A stretch of 19,350 nucleotides of DNA from Candidatus Iainarchaeum sp. (GTDB lineage Archaea; Iainarchaeota; Iainarchaeia; Iainarchaeales; DTGL01): contig JAWALG010000023.1 of NCBI GenBank assembly GCA_038886995.1, forward strand, positions 1 to 19,350, written 5' to 3'. The position numbers and the translations under genes were made by a program. Shown here piece after piece: positions 8,086 through 16,549 of the stretch. How positions within the stretch are numbered: position 1 is the first letter of the stretch; every line of letters begins with the position of its first letter. The notes below the pieces were generated by a model, which saw only the letters and a list, made by a program, of their open reading frames with translations, did not search any database and was not told where the DNA came from.

Positions 8086-8701
8086 TTTTTCGAAGAAAGT
8101 AATTGTTCCGGAAGAAGGCGTAAAGCTAAAAAATGAGCCAGAGCCGGTAGTTAGGAAGAAGTATGAGCACGAAATTGAGCGCATACTAATAACGAAAGGT
8201 TGCCTTGAAGCCAGGATAACCGCTCTAGCAAGGGAGATAAGTGCTGCCTTTGAAGGTGTCAAAGAACTTGATTGCTATGTGATTCTTAAAGGCGGCATGT
8301 TTTTTGCTGCAGACCTTATAAGGGCGCTAGACGAGCAAAGCGACCTTAGAACAAAACTTGATTTCATAAAATGCTCAAGTTATGGAGACAGATCAACCTC
8401 AAGTGGAAAAGTGGAACTTTATAAAATAGACGAACTCCAGGGAGAAAATGTGCTGCTGATAGAGGATATTGTTGACACAGGCAAAACGCTTAGCATTCTT
8501 CAAGATATGATATGCAAAAAGGCAAAAAGGTTCAAAACGTGTGTGCTGCTTGATAAAGGAATAGCCCAAGATGTGAAAGTTGACTTTGTGGGATTCCAGA
8601 TACCGAGAGTATTTGTAGGCGGTTATGGCTTAGATTATGCAGGGCATTACCGTGGACTGCCTGAAATTGTTGTTATAAAAAAAGAGCTTTTAAAGAAATA
8701 A
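8066..8701 (+). CDS. hpt: Hypoxanthine(-guanine) phosphoribosyltransferase, bacterial type
   Basis: ILKGG.FFAADL, SSYG, VLLIEDIVDTGKTL (PRPP loop), LLDK and GYGLDY...YR.LP. ATG 8066 follows AAGGTGG. Confidence 0.92.
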   Translation: MHKIVNNFSKKVIVPEEGVKLKNEPEPVVRKKYEHEIERILITKGCLEARITALAREISAAFEGVKELDCYVILKGGMFFAADLIRALDEQSDLRTKLDFIKCSSYGDRSTSSGKVELYKIDELQGENVLLIEDIVDTGKTLSILQDMICKKAKRFKTCVLLDKGIAQDVKVDFVGFQIPRVFVGGYGLDYAGHYRGLPEIVVIKKELLKK

Positions 8702-8733
8702 AAAATAAAAATAAAGGAAAATAAATGGAAAAA
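8693..8733 (-). terminator. U-rich archaeal-type terminator for the minus-strand purine salvage transcript
   Basis: Repeated T4-T6 runs on the minus strand, just downstream of the small ORF. Confidence 0.45.
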
Positions 8734-8751
8734 CCAAACTTTACAGACATC

Positions 8752-8793
8752 TTATTTGCCTTTCTTGGTCTTTGCTCCGCAGCAACCTGCCAC
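8752..8793 (-). CDS. Candidate 13-aa microprotein MAGCCGAKTKKGK
   Basis: Minus strand reads GAGGTGA-tttt-GTG GCA GGT TGC TGC GGA GCA AAG ACC AAG AAA GGC AAA TAA. The SD is at 8798-8804 and T-tracts follow. Confidence 0.55.
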   Translation of the reverse strand: MAGCCGAKTKKGK

Positions 8794-8828
8794 AAAATCA
8801 CCTCTTAATTTATACTTGAGCATATGCC

Positions 8829-10061
8829 CTAAATCTTTGCAAGCCTCAATGCGTACTTAGACGCCTTTTTCTTTACTTCATTTTCCCAGGGAATCACCCT
8901 TGAGTCCATCAATATTTCGCCATCGCATATTACTGTGTGAACAGCGCTAGCGTCAGCAGAATAAACAATGTTAGATATTAGGTTATGACAAGGAACCATG
9001 GTGATATGATTTAAGTCAATCAAAGTTATATCAGCAAGGCAACCGGCTTCCAATATACCACAGTTCATATTTAGTGCTTTTGCAGCACTAATATTTGAAA
9101 GCTCAAATACATGTTCTGCTTTAAGTGCAGAAGCATCTCTTTGCGTGTGCTTTTGTAGCAAAGAGGCCAACTTAATTGTTTCAAACATGCTAAGAGAATT
9201 ATTGCTTGCTGAACCATCAGTGCCAAGCATTACTTGAACCTTGTGCTCTAAAAGTGCCTTTAGCGGCGCAATTCCACTAGCCAGTTTTAAGTTTGATGTA
9301 GGGCAACTAACAACCTTAGCATTACTCCTTGCCAATAAGCCAATTTCCTTCCTATTTAACCAAACGCAGTGTGCATTGAAAAGATTTTTGCCTAAAAAAC
9401 CAATCTTGGCAAGGTATTCTGCGGGCCTCATCCCTTTTCCTTTTAGGCAGTCGGATACTTCTTTTTGTGTCTCACTTAAATGGAAATGTATTGGCACTGA
9501 TAGTTCCTCTGAAAGAACTTTAACACCTCGCAAAACATCCTCTGTGGTGGTATAAATTGCATGGGGTCCAAGCGCCGGTGTGACGTTTTTATATCTTTTA
9601 AGTGACTTTAAGGAGCTTCTCACATCGCTCTCATTTAGCTTATTGGTTATTACTTTGCTTATGATCGCTCTCATTCCCGCCTTTCTTGCGGCTTTAGCTG
9701 CCTCTTCTTCAAAGAAATACATGTCATTGAAGCATGTAGTGCCTGAGCGTATCATTTCTGCACATGCAAGCATTGTACCATAATAAACATGCTTTGGCTT
9801 CATCTTTGCTTCAACCGGAAAGATATATTTGGTTAGCCAAGTATGCAGCTCAAAATCATCAGCAAAGCCCTTAAGCAGGGACATTGCGGCATGCGTATGC
9901 ATGTTGAAAAAGCTAGGCACAGCAGCTAGTCCATTACCGTCAATAACCACATCACCCTTGTCAACCGCTTTCTTACCAACCGAAGAGATCTTGTTGCCTT
10001 CGATAATTATGTTGTAGCGTTTTCTGTCTGGAAGCATAGCGCCTCTTATAAAAATAGTCAT
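8829..10061 (-). CDS. mtaD: 5'-methylthioadenosine/S-adenosylhomocysteine deaminase (amidohydrolase family)
   Basis: NMHTHAAM (HxH), EMIRSGTTCFNDMY, GPHAIYT, HFHLSET, AHCVW, CPTSNLKLASG and GTDGSASNN. ATGA overlap with the upstream phosphorylase gene. Confidence 0.85.
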   Translation of the reverse strand: MTIFIRGAMLPDRKRYNIIIEGNKISSVGKKAVDKGDVVIDGNGLAAVPSFFNMHTHAAMSLLKGFADDFELHTWLTKYIFPVEAKMKPKHVYYGTMLACAEMIRSGTTCFNDMYFFEEEAAKAARKAGMRAIISKVITNKLNESDVRSSLKSLKRYKNVTPALGPHAIYTTTEDVLRGVKVLSEELSVPIHFHLSETQKEVSDCLKGKGMRPAEYLAKIGFLGKNLFNAHCVWLNRKEIGLLARSNAKVVSCPTSNLKLASGIAPLKALLEHKVQVMLGTDGSASNNSLSMFETIKLASLLQKHTQRDASALKAEHVFELSNISAAKALNMNCGILEAGCLADITLIDLNHITMVPCHNLISNIVYSADASAVHTVICDGEILMDSRVIPWENEVKKKASKYALRLAKI

Positions 10062-10741
10062 TGCGCTTTCACCAGTGTATAGATAATGTGTGCTATTTTT
10101 TCAGCATTCTTTGACGCGTTGCTAACAATTTCTTCATATGTAAGCGACTTTGAAATCCCATGGGCATAATTATCAACAGTGCATAGGCTAGCATAGCATA
10201 GACCTTGCTCCTGCGCCAGGGTTGCTTCGTCAGCCATAGTCATACCAACAATATCTGCAAAGCGTCTTATGAACTTAACCTCAGAAACAGTTTCAAGCCT
10301 CGGCCCTATCGTCTGAAAATACACTGCTTTGCTAATTACGGGATAACCCAAAAAGTCACAGGCCCTCAAAACCTTGTCTCGAAGATCTTCGCAAAGCCTT
10401 GGCGTTATGCATTGCATTTGCTCTTCAAAATATGTTTTTGGAAAGAATTGCATGTAGTCATGCGGCGCTGCAAGTGAGCCTGGCTTTATCCTGCGTTTAA
10501 GGCTACCTACAGAGTTAACCGCAATAACTTCCTTTATGCCCAATTTCTTAAAGGCAAAAACGTTTGCATGATGATTTATTCTGTGAGGCGGCAAATTCTC
10601 CTTCCCATGCCGCTGGATGAAAACAAAACCATCACCTATATTTGCAATTGTTACGCCATACGGTGTCCTTACTTTTTTCTCTGCTTTTATCTTAAGAAGG
10701 TTTTTTTTCAGAAAAACTGTTCCCCCCAGGACACCAAGCAT
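10058..10741 (-). CDS. MTAP-family purine nucleoside phosphorylase, probably 5'-methylthioinosine phosphorylase
   Basis: TPYG, RHG...PPH.IN..AN, SVGSL, GPRLET..E and DIVGMT motifs. VDNYAHG replaces the MTAP D-x-D, suggesting 6-oxopurine preference. Confidence 0.85.
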   Translation of the reverse strand: MLGVLGGTVFLKKNLLKIKAEKKVRTPYGVTIANIGDGFVFIQRHGKENLPPHRINHHANVFAFKKLGIKEVIAVNSVGSLKRRIKPGSLAAPHDYMQFFPKTYFEEQMQCITPRLCEDLRDKVLRACDFLGYPVISKAVYFQTIGPRLETVSEVKFIRRFADIVGMTMADEATLAQEQGLCYASLCTVDNYAHGISKSLTYEEIVSNASKNAEKIAHIIYTLVKAQ

Positions 10742-10848
10742 GTTACCAATAATAACACACTTTAAAAAGTATTAAAAACATTTTTAGAGGAGATTTTAGT
10801 ATAAGAATGATTTATATTTAACAAATTCACTGGGTGAGGGTGATAATT

Positions 10849-13800
10849 TTGGTTGAAAAAAAGCCTACATTTTTTTTAAAAAATACTCTTTCTTTGCTAA
10901 TCCTTCTTTCCATTTTTGCGTCTTCTGCTCTTGGCGCAGAGCCCATAATAACACTGATTACGCCGACCGAAGGTGCATATCTTAAAAGTGGCCTGCAAAG
11001 AATTGAATTCAATGCAATGGACTCTGATATAAACGGCGATCCAAACAAAGAGCTATGGGTTGATTTCTATTATAGCGCTTCACCAGGCCAATTTCAAAAT
11101 TTCATAAGCACTCAAAATCTTTCTGATCCTGGCTCTAGCTTTTGCCAGAGCACTAACTTTGTAACACCTGTGAGATGCTATGTTGACATAACCTTGCCCT
11201 CACTTCCTGACGGCAACTATTTCCTTGATATGAACTTTTATGAAAAGCAAAACGAAGCAGTCAATGACTTTAACAAGATATCATCAAAGGTTTTCTATAT
11301 TGATAATACGCCACCAACAATAAACTTAACCTCGCCTGAAGCAAATTGTGGTGGAGATGTAAACATAACAAGCAATAACATAAAGTTTAATCTTAGCGAT
11401 ACTTCAAGCGGAATTTCTACTGCCACTATTTCAGTTACGGGGGCGCAGAGAGACGGCAACTTTAACTTTTCAAGTTTCTGTTCGACTTCAGATGGCGGCA
11501 AAAATTATGTGTGTGATTATAATGAGGTCGCTGTAGACCGAACTGGAACTTACGTTTTAAGAATCGTGGCTTATGACCTGGCAATAACTGCTTCAGAAGC
11601 AAGAAACTCTGCGGACTGCAACTTAACGATTAGATATACTGACAACAATCCACCAAACAGCCCTGTAAGGTTGCTGGCGTACGCAGGACCTGGGTCAATT
11701 ACACTTACATGGGTTGCAAACACAGAGTATGACATAAATGGCTACAAAATATATTATAGAACAAACGATTGCAATTTTACGAAGGAAACAGCAACGCTTG
11801 CTGGTTTTACAAAACAAACAAACTATGTTTTACAGGACCTTAACAGCGACCTTAACTATCACATAAGGATTTCTGCTATTGACTTGAGCGGCAATGAAAG
11901 TGAACTTTCTGACTGCAACAAAATAAAGCCAAACAGGCGCATATTGCCCTCAATGCCTGAGTTCTATTCAAGCACGCATGAAAATGGTGAATGGAGCAAA
12001 GACAGAAATGTTTTAATTACCTGGAGTGCTGTTGCCGGCGCTATCGGTTATTCTTGCACATGGGATACGGCAGCAACAAAAGAGCCAGACCAGATAATTG
12101 ACTCTAACAATTATTGTGCAAACAGGCGACTAGACATAAACAATCTAAATGAAGGAATATACTATTTGAAGGTTCGTGCTTGTGACTCAAATAGTGTCTG
12201 TAGCAATGTTGCAACTTTCACTGTAAAGATTGATTTCACAAAACCAAGCAAACCGAGCAATCTTGAAGCCACACTGGACAACGAAAATGTAAAGCTTACA
12301 TGGGCTGTTTCAACTGATGCTAGAAGCGGCATAAAGGAATATCGTGTTTATAGGGGCACAGAAAGCGATTTCAACATAGATGATAACAATAGGAGAGCTA
12401 TCCTCGTAGATAACACATGGACCGACACAAAGGCAAGCTCCGGTACTAAATACTATTACAAAGTAGTGGCAATTGACAATGCTGGGAACGTTAGTGATGC
12501 TGCAAGCGTGAGCATCACTACAGCAGCAGCAAAAGTAGTAATAGATGTACCACAGTATGCCAACGCTGGAAGCAAAACCATCCGGATTAGGTCTACCGAT
12601 GAGCTTGTGGATGCATATGTTTACATAAAGAAAGCAACAGATGCTAGCTGGGTTAAAATTAGGGGGCCTGTTACGGATGATGATTTCACAGCAACTTTCA
12701 CTGTTGCGAGTGGAGATGATGGTGTTGCTAAAGTAAAAGTTGTTGCTGACAATCTAAGCGAAACAATAAAAACATTTGAGATAGATACAAAGAAGCCAGA
12801 AGTTACATGGATTTCGCCAGAGCAAGGTGCATTAATTGAGGGTACTTTTACACTCAAAGTTAGAACTGATGAACCACAGACAAAAATGGAAAGCGTTACC
12901 TTTTATATTGACAACAACAAAATAGCAACGCTCACAGCGGCCTCTGAGGAAGGTATTTACTGGACATATAACTGGAATTCTTCAAGTTTGCCAAAGGGCA
13001 GCTACACTCTCAAAGCGGTTGCAATTGACAAAGCAGGCAATGAAGGCTCAGCAGCGGTAAACATAGGCATCGGTGGCGTAATAGCGCAGCCATCAAAGAA
13101 AACCGAGGCAGAGAAAAAAATAGCAGAGCTTATATTAAAAAGGACTGAAGCTGCAAACATGCTCCAGAGCATAAAGAGCTATGGTCTTGAGATAAACAAG
13201 GAGGCAAGCAATCTCTACAATGCTATGGTACAAGCAATATTCGATGCAAACACAAATTATAACAAAGGGGACTATGATTTTGCCATTGAGAAGGCAAATG
13301 ACGCATATGCAAAATTCAACTCCTTGTTTGCAAACTATGGCTTTTCTGAAGCCGAGACAAAGGTATTAGAAATGAGCAAAGACGCAGCTAAAGCATTTCT
13401 TTTAGCCAATGGCTTTTCAGAGGCCTCAGCAGAAGATGCTGCAAGCAAAACAGCTGGATCAGCTGCCAAAAAAATTGTAAAAGTATTAATGGTAAAGGAC
13501 AATAATGTAGTGAGCTATTATGTGAAAGTATTTTTGCAGTTCAAAATGTTGGACGAAAAAATGCTTGTCCTTGAGAGTGTCCCAAAAGAGCTCACAAAAA
13601 GCGCTTCTGAATTAAAATCAGATGTTGCATTTGAAGTCATAAAAGACGATCCGCTGCTATTGTTCAAGCCACAAAAAAAGGATTCGGAGGATGTAATAAT
13701 TGAGTATTCTCTTAAGGCGCCGCTAAATGCAGCAGAATACCAAGCACTGAAAGCAAAAAATGCCTTTGAGCCAAGCGCCTTTGCTTTGGTAATTGACCAA

Positions 13801-13974
13801 CAGATGCCTAAAAGCGATATTTTGGAAGCGTTTTTGTATGCGGTCGCAATACTTTTTATACTGCTAATAGTGGGGTTGACACTTTTATACATACTAAAGA
13901 AAAAGAACAGTGGCTTCAGAGGTGGCAAATCAGAGCCACAGAGAAGAGGCCCAAGATGGGCATATAGGGGATGA
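10849..13974 (+). CDS. Large membrane-anchored cell-surface protein with fibronectin type III / Ig-like domains
   Basis: Signal peptide (...IFASSALGA), FN3 motifs (ITLTW...GYKIYY; YYYKVVAIDNAGN.S), Ig-like D.AGN repeats, a helical stalk, a C-terminal TM helix and a basic tail. TTG 10849 follows GAGGGTGA; GTG 10834 is the alternative start. Confidence 0.85.
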   Translation: MVEKKPTFFLKNTLSLLILLSIFASSALGAEPIITLITPTEGAYLKSGLQRIEFNAMDSDINGDPNKELWVDFYYSASPGQFQNFISTQNLSDPGSSFCQSTNFVTPVRCYVDITLPSLPDGNYFLDMNFYEKQNEAVNDFNKISSKVFYIDNTPPTINLTSPEANCGGDVNITSNNIKFNLSDTSSGISTATISVTGAQRDGNFNFSSFCSTSDGGKNYVCDYNEVAVDRTGTYVLRIVAYDLAITASEARNSADCNLTIRYTDNNPPNSPVRLLAYAGPGSITLTWVANTEYDINGYKIYYRTNDCNFTKETATLAGFTKQTNYVLQDLNSDLNYHIRISAIDLSGNESELSDCNKIKPNRRILPSMPEFYSSTHENGEWSKDRNVLITWSAVAGAIGYSCTWDTAATKEPDQIIDSNNYCANRRLDINNLNEGIYYLKVRACDSNSVCSNVATFTVKIDFTKPSKPSNLEATLDNENVKLTWAVSTDARSGIKEYRVYRGTESDFNIDDNNRRAILVDNTWTDTKASSGTKYYYKVVAIDNAGNVSDAASVSITTAAAKVVIDVPQYANAGSKTIRIRSTDELVDAYVYIKKATDASWVKIRGPVTDDDFTATFTVASGDDGVAKVKVVADNLSETIKTFEIDTKKPEVTWISPEQGALIEGTFTLKVRTDEPQTKMESVTFYIDNNKIATLTAASEEGIYWTYNWNSSSLPKGSYTLKAVAIDKAGNEGSAAVNIGIGGVIAQPSKKTEAEKKIAELILKRTEAANMLQSIKSYGLEINKEASNLYNAMVQAIFDANTNYNKGDYDFAIEKANDAYAKFNSLFANYGFSEAETKVLEMSKDAAKAFLLANGFSEASAEDAASKTAGSAAKKIVKVLMVKDNNVVSYYVKVFLQFKMLDEKMLVLESVPKELTKSASELKSDVAFEVIKDDPLLLFKPQKKDSEDVIIEYSLKAPLNAAEYQALKAKNAFEPSAFALVIDQQMPKSDILEAFLYAVAILFILLIVGLTLLYILKKKNSGFRGGKSEPQRRGPRWAYRG

Positions 13975-14030
13975 AAACCAAAAATTTGGTCGGCGGCACA
14001 CATTTAATTTTTTTCTTCTCCAATAGATAT

Positions 14031-15167
14031 ATGTGTGCTGTCCTCGTGGTGGGTGGTGGCCCAGCTGGCATCATGACTGCTTCTGAGCTCTCTAAGAATG
14101 GCTGGGATGTGACACTCATTGAGGAGCATCCAAAGGTTGGCGTGCCTGAAAACTGTTCTGGGTTGCTGTCATTTACTGGACTCAATGAGCTAGGTATTGA
14201 CGCAGAGTCGTGCATCGTCAATAAAGTATATGGCGCAGAAGTATTTTCACCTTCAGGCCACAGGATTTTAATTGAAAGAACTAATCCTGTTGCGGCTGTT
14301 GTTTCGAGGAAATCATTTGATGAGATGCTATTAAAAGAAGCTTTAAAAAACGGCACCAAGGTTGAATTTGAATCAAAGCTCATAGATGTGCGCAACGAGA
14401 ATATCTTTATTCAGAAAAAAAGCAGAGGTGAGCTTAGAAAGGCAAAGGTTATTGTCGGCGCTGATGGCGTACATTCCCGCACAAGGGAAATTATTGGCAT
14501 AAAGCCAGAGAGAAGCCATTACGTTAACTCATACCAGGTGCGTGCAAATGGCTCTTTTGAGAGCAAAAAAGTAAAACTCTATTTGGGTTCATTTGCTAAT
14601 GGTCTTTTTGCTTGGGTCATACCTGAAAACAGCTCAATTGCAAGGATTGGAATTGCGACTGCTCACGGTATTAACCCAAAAGAGGCATTTGATGAGTTTA
14701 AGAAGAAATACTTCCTTGAGTTTGAAAAAATAGAAGAATCATCTTTCACGATACCTTGTGGGCCGCCAATCCCTGAACCGCTTAAACAAAATATTTTGCT
14801 TGTGGGAGATGCAGCCTTCCAAGTAAAGGCAACTACTGGTGGGGGCATAATTATGGGTTTAAATGCTGCCAAGATGTGTGCCAAAGCAATAGACAGCATG
14901 TTTAGAAATGGCACTTCTTTAGATAATTACAGCGTATTGATAAAACCGATAACAAAGGAGCTTAACACACACTGGAAGATACGCTCATATATAAACAAAT
15001 TAAATGACACTACTTTGGACAAACTTTTCATAAAAGCACAAAAAGCAAAGCTTGGGGAGTTTCTTTCTGAGCATGGTGACATGGATTGGCCGAGCAGATT
15101 CTTGCCAAAGATGCTTTCAAAGCCAAGTTTTTGGGGCTTTTTACCAATTTTGCTGAGGTTTAGATAG
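14031..15167 (+). CDS. Geranylgeranyl reductase family FAD-dependent oxidoreductase
   Basis: VVGGGPAG, ENCSG, RKSFD, VGADG..S, FAWVIP and VGDAA.QVK.TTGGGI. ATG 14031 sits directly before the FAD-binding strand and is preferred over 13971. Confidence 0.88.
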   Translation: MCAVLVVGGGPAGIMTASELSKNGWDVTLIEEHPKVGVPENCSGLLSFTGLNELGIDAESCIVNKVYGAEVFSPSGHRILIERTNPVAAVVSRKSFDEMLLKEALKNGTKVEFESKLIDVRNENIFIQKKSRGELRKAKVIVGADGVHSRTREIIGIKPERSHYVNSYQVRANGSFESKKVKLYLGSFANGLFAWVIPENSSIARIGIATAHGINPKEAFDEFKKKYFLEFEKIEESSFTIPCGPPIPEPLKQNILLVGDAAFQVKATTGGGIIMGLNAAKMCAKAIDSMFRNGTSLDNYSVLIKPITKELNTHWKIRSYINKLNDTTLDKLFIKAQKAKLGEFLSEHGDMDWPSRFLPKMLSKPSFWGFLPILLRFR

Positions 15168-15170
15168 TTC

Positions 15171-15620
15171 ATGAAAGCAATCATAATATGTGTTTCGAAG
15201 CACCATGGAAATACAAAAAGGGTAGCTGAAGCAATGGCAAAAGTGCTAAAAGCAGGTCTTGTAGAGCCAAAAGATGTCGAATTAGGAAAACTCAAGGAAT
15301 ATGGGCTGATAGGCCTAGGTTCAGGAATATATGCTTTGAGGCATGACAGAGATATTCTGGAACTTGCAAACAAGATCCCGAAGCTAAAAGCCAGCTTTTT
15401 TATTTTTTCTACATCTGGCACGGGTGGAACAAACTACCATAAAACCCTGAAAAAAATTCTTGAATCAAAAGGCAACAAAGTAATTGGAGAATTTGCATGC
15501 CCTGGCTACGATACTTTCTCTATTTTGAAGTTTTTTGGTGGGATCAACAAGGGCAGACCGAATAGAGAAGACCTAGAAAAAGCTGAAAATTTTGCAAAAA
15601 AATTATTGAAAAAAGAGTAG
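15171..15620 (+). CDS. Flavodoxin family protein
   Basis: S.HHGNTKRVAEAMA FMN-phosphate loop, GLGSGIY, FSTSG, F.C.GYDT and GRPN.EDL..A..FA. Confidence 0.9.
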   Translation: MKAIIICVSKHHGNTKRVAEAMAKVLKAGLVEPKDVELGKLKEYGLIGLGSGIYALRHDRDILELANKIPKLKASFFIFSTSGTGGTNYHKTLKKILESKGNKVIGEFACPGYDTFSILKFFGGINKGRPNREDLEKAENFAKKLLKKE

Positions 15621-15690
15621 CCCCGGAGAGATTTGAACTCCCGTCCCTGGCTCCAAAGGCCAGGATGCTTGGCCGCTACACCACGGGGCT
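15618..15690 (-). tRNA. tRNA-Gln (anticodon TTG), intronless, CCA not encoded
   Basis: Minus strand AGCCCCG TGGTGTAGCGGCCAAGCATC CTGGC-CTTTGGA-GCCAG GGAC GGGAG-TTCAAAT-CTCTC CGGGGCT A folds as a full cloverleaf with the archaeal Gln A1-U72 pair. Confidence 0.97.
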
Positions 15691-15748
15691 ATGAGAACTT
15701 GGTAATAGATATTAATATTCCACAAATTTTAAAAATTGCTGCACATTC

Positions 15749-16444
15749 TTATTTCCCAAAGCGCCTTTCCCTTCTATTGTAATCCTCTATTGCTCTTTGC
15801 AGGTCCTGCTTTTCAAAATCAGGCCAGTATTTTGGGCAAAAGTACAGTTCCGAGTATGCGGACAGATATGTCAAAAAGCCGCTCAACCTTTGTTCACCGC
15901 TTGTCCTTATTATTAAGTCGGGTTCAGTGAAATTACCATAAAGATAACGAGAGAAAACATTTTCATCAATTTCATCAGCGCTTAGTTTGCCCTCACTTAC
16001 ATCCTTTGCAATGCCAACCGCAGCATCGATAATTTCCTGTCGACCATCATATCCAATAGCTATGTTTATGAGCCGATTGTTAAGGTCTGCAGTTTTACTC
16101 TCAATGTCTGCGATATGCTTCTTAATTCGTTCGCTGAGGAGCTCCAAACGACCTATGAATTTTATCCTAATCCCATTATCTCTTAAGTAATTTTTTTTCC
16201 TTAAGGTTAAGAATTCCCTATCAAATATTTTAAAGAGTAGATTAAGTTCCCTCTTGCTTCTCTCTAGATTCTTCAAGGAAAGGGCGTAAAAACTGCCAAC
16301 TCGAATTGATGGGTAATCCTCTAACCATTCAAGCGTTTGCCATGCTTTCTTCACACCTAAGCTATATGCCTTTGCTAAAGGCATGTTTTTTTCTTTGGCA
16401 AAACGCCTATTTCCATCAGGAATAATAGCAACGGATCTTAGCAT
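15749..16444 (-). CDS. uppS: cis-prenyltransferase (polyprenyl diphosphate synthase)
   Basis: IIPDGNRR, S..N..R, YDGRQEI, PDLIIRTSGEQRLSGFL, YSELYF..YWPDF and C-terminal RRFG. Confidence 0.95.
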   Translation of the reverse strand: MLRSVAIIPDGNRRFAKEKNMPLAKAYSLGVKKAWQTLEWLEDYPSIRVGSFYALSLKNLERSKRELNLLFKIFDREFLTLRKKNYLRDNGIRIKFIGRLELLSERIKKHIADIESKTADLNNRLINIAIGYDGRQEIIDAAVGIAKDVSEGKLSADEIDENVFSRYLYGNFTEPDLIIRTSGEQRLSGFLTYLSAYSELYFCPKYWPDFEKQDLQRAIEDYNRRERRFGK

Positions 16445-16549
16445 CTAAAATAATCTTCCAAAGATGGATTTTAAAATATTGTTTTTTACTTCTTGCACCA
16501 ACTTGCAGAAATATTCTAAATTAAAAAGCTTTCTGTGGTAGTAAAAGAT

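Noticed and set aside
8693-8733. AAAAAT-like short tandem repeats
   Set aside because: Low-complexity tract, better explained as a minus-strand U-rich terminator.
8725-8808. Plus-strand 27-aa ORF MEKPNFTDILFAFLGLCSAATCHKITS antisense to the 13-aa peptide (type I toxin-like arrangement)
   Set aside because: It has only a weak AAGGA SD, and its hydrophobicity follows from complementing Lys codons. The minus-strand reading has the better SD and terminator. Not fully excluded.
13971-14030. 20-aa N-terminal extension of GGR overlapping the surface-protein stop
   Set aside because: The extension is T-rich and looks like a terminator/promoter; family similarity begins at ATG 14031.
13518-15421. 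Long minus-strand ORFs (161, 159 and 164 aa)
   Set aside because: They lie antisense to well-supported genes, are Ser/Phe-rich shadows and carry no motifs.
16453-16510. Short inverted/direct repeats (ATCTT-N3-AAGAT; CTTGCA twice) in the uppS/DUF4405 divergent gap
   Set aside because: Too short and imperfect to separate from chance in AT-rich DNA.
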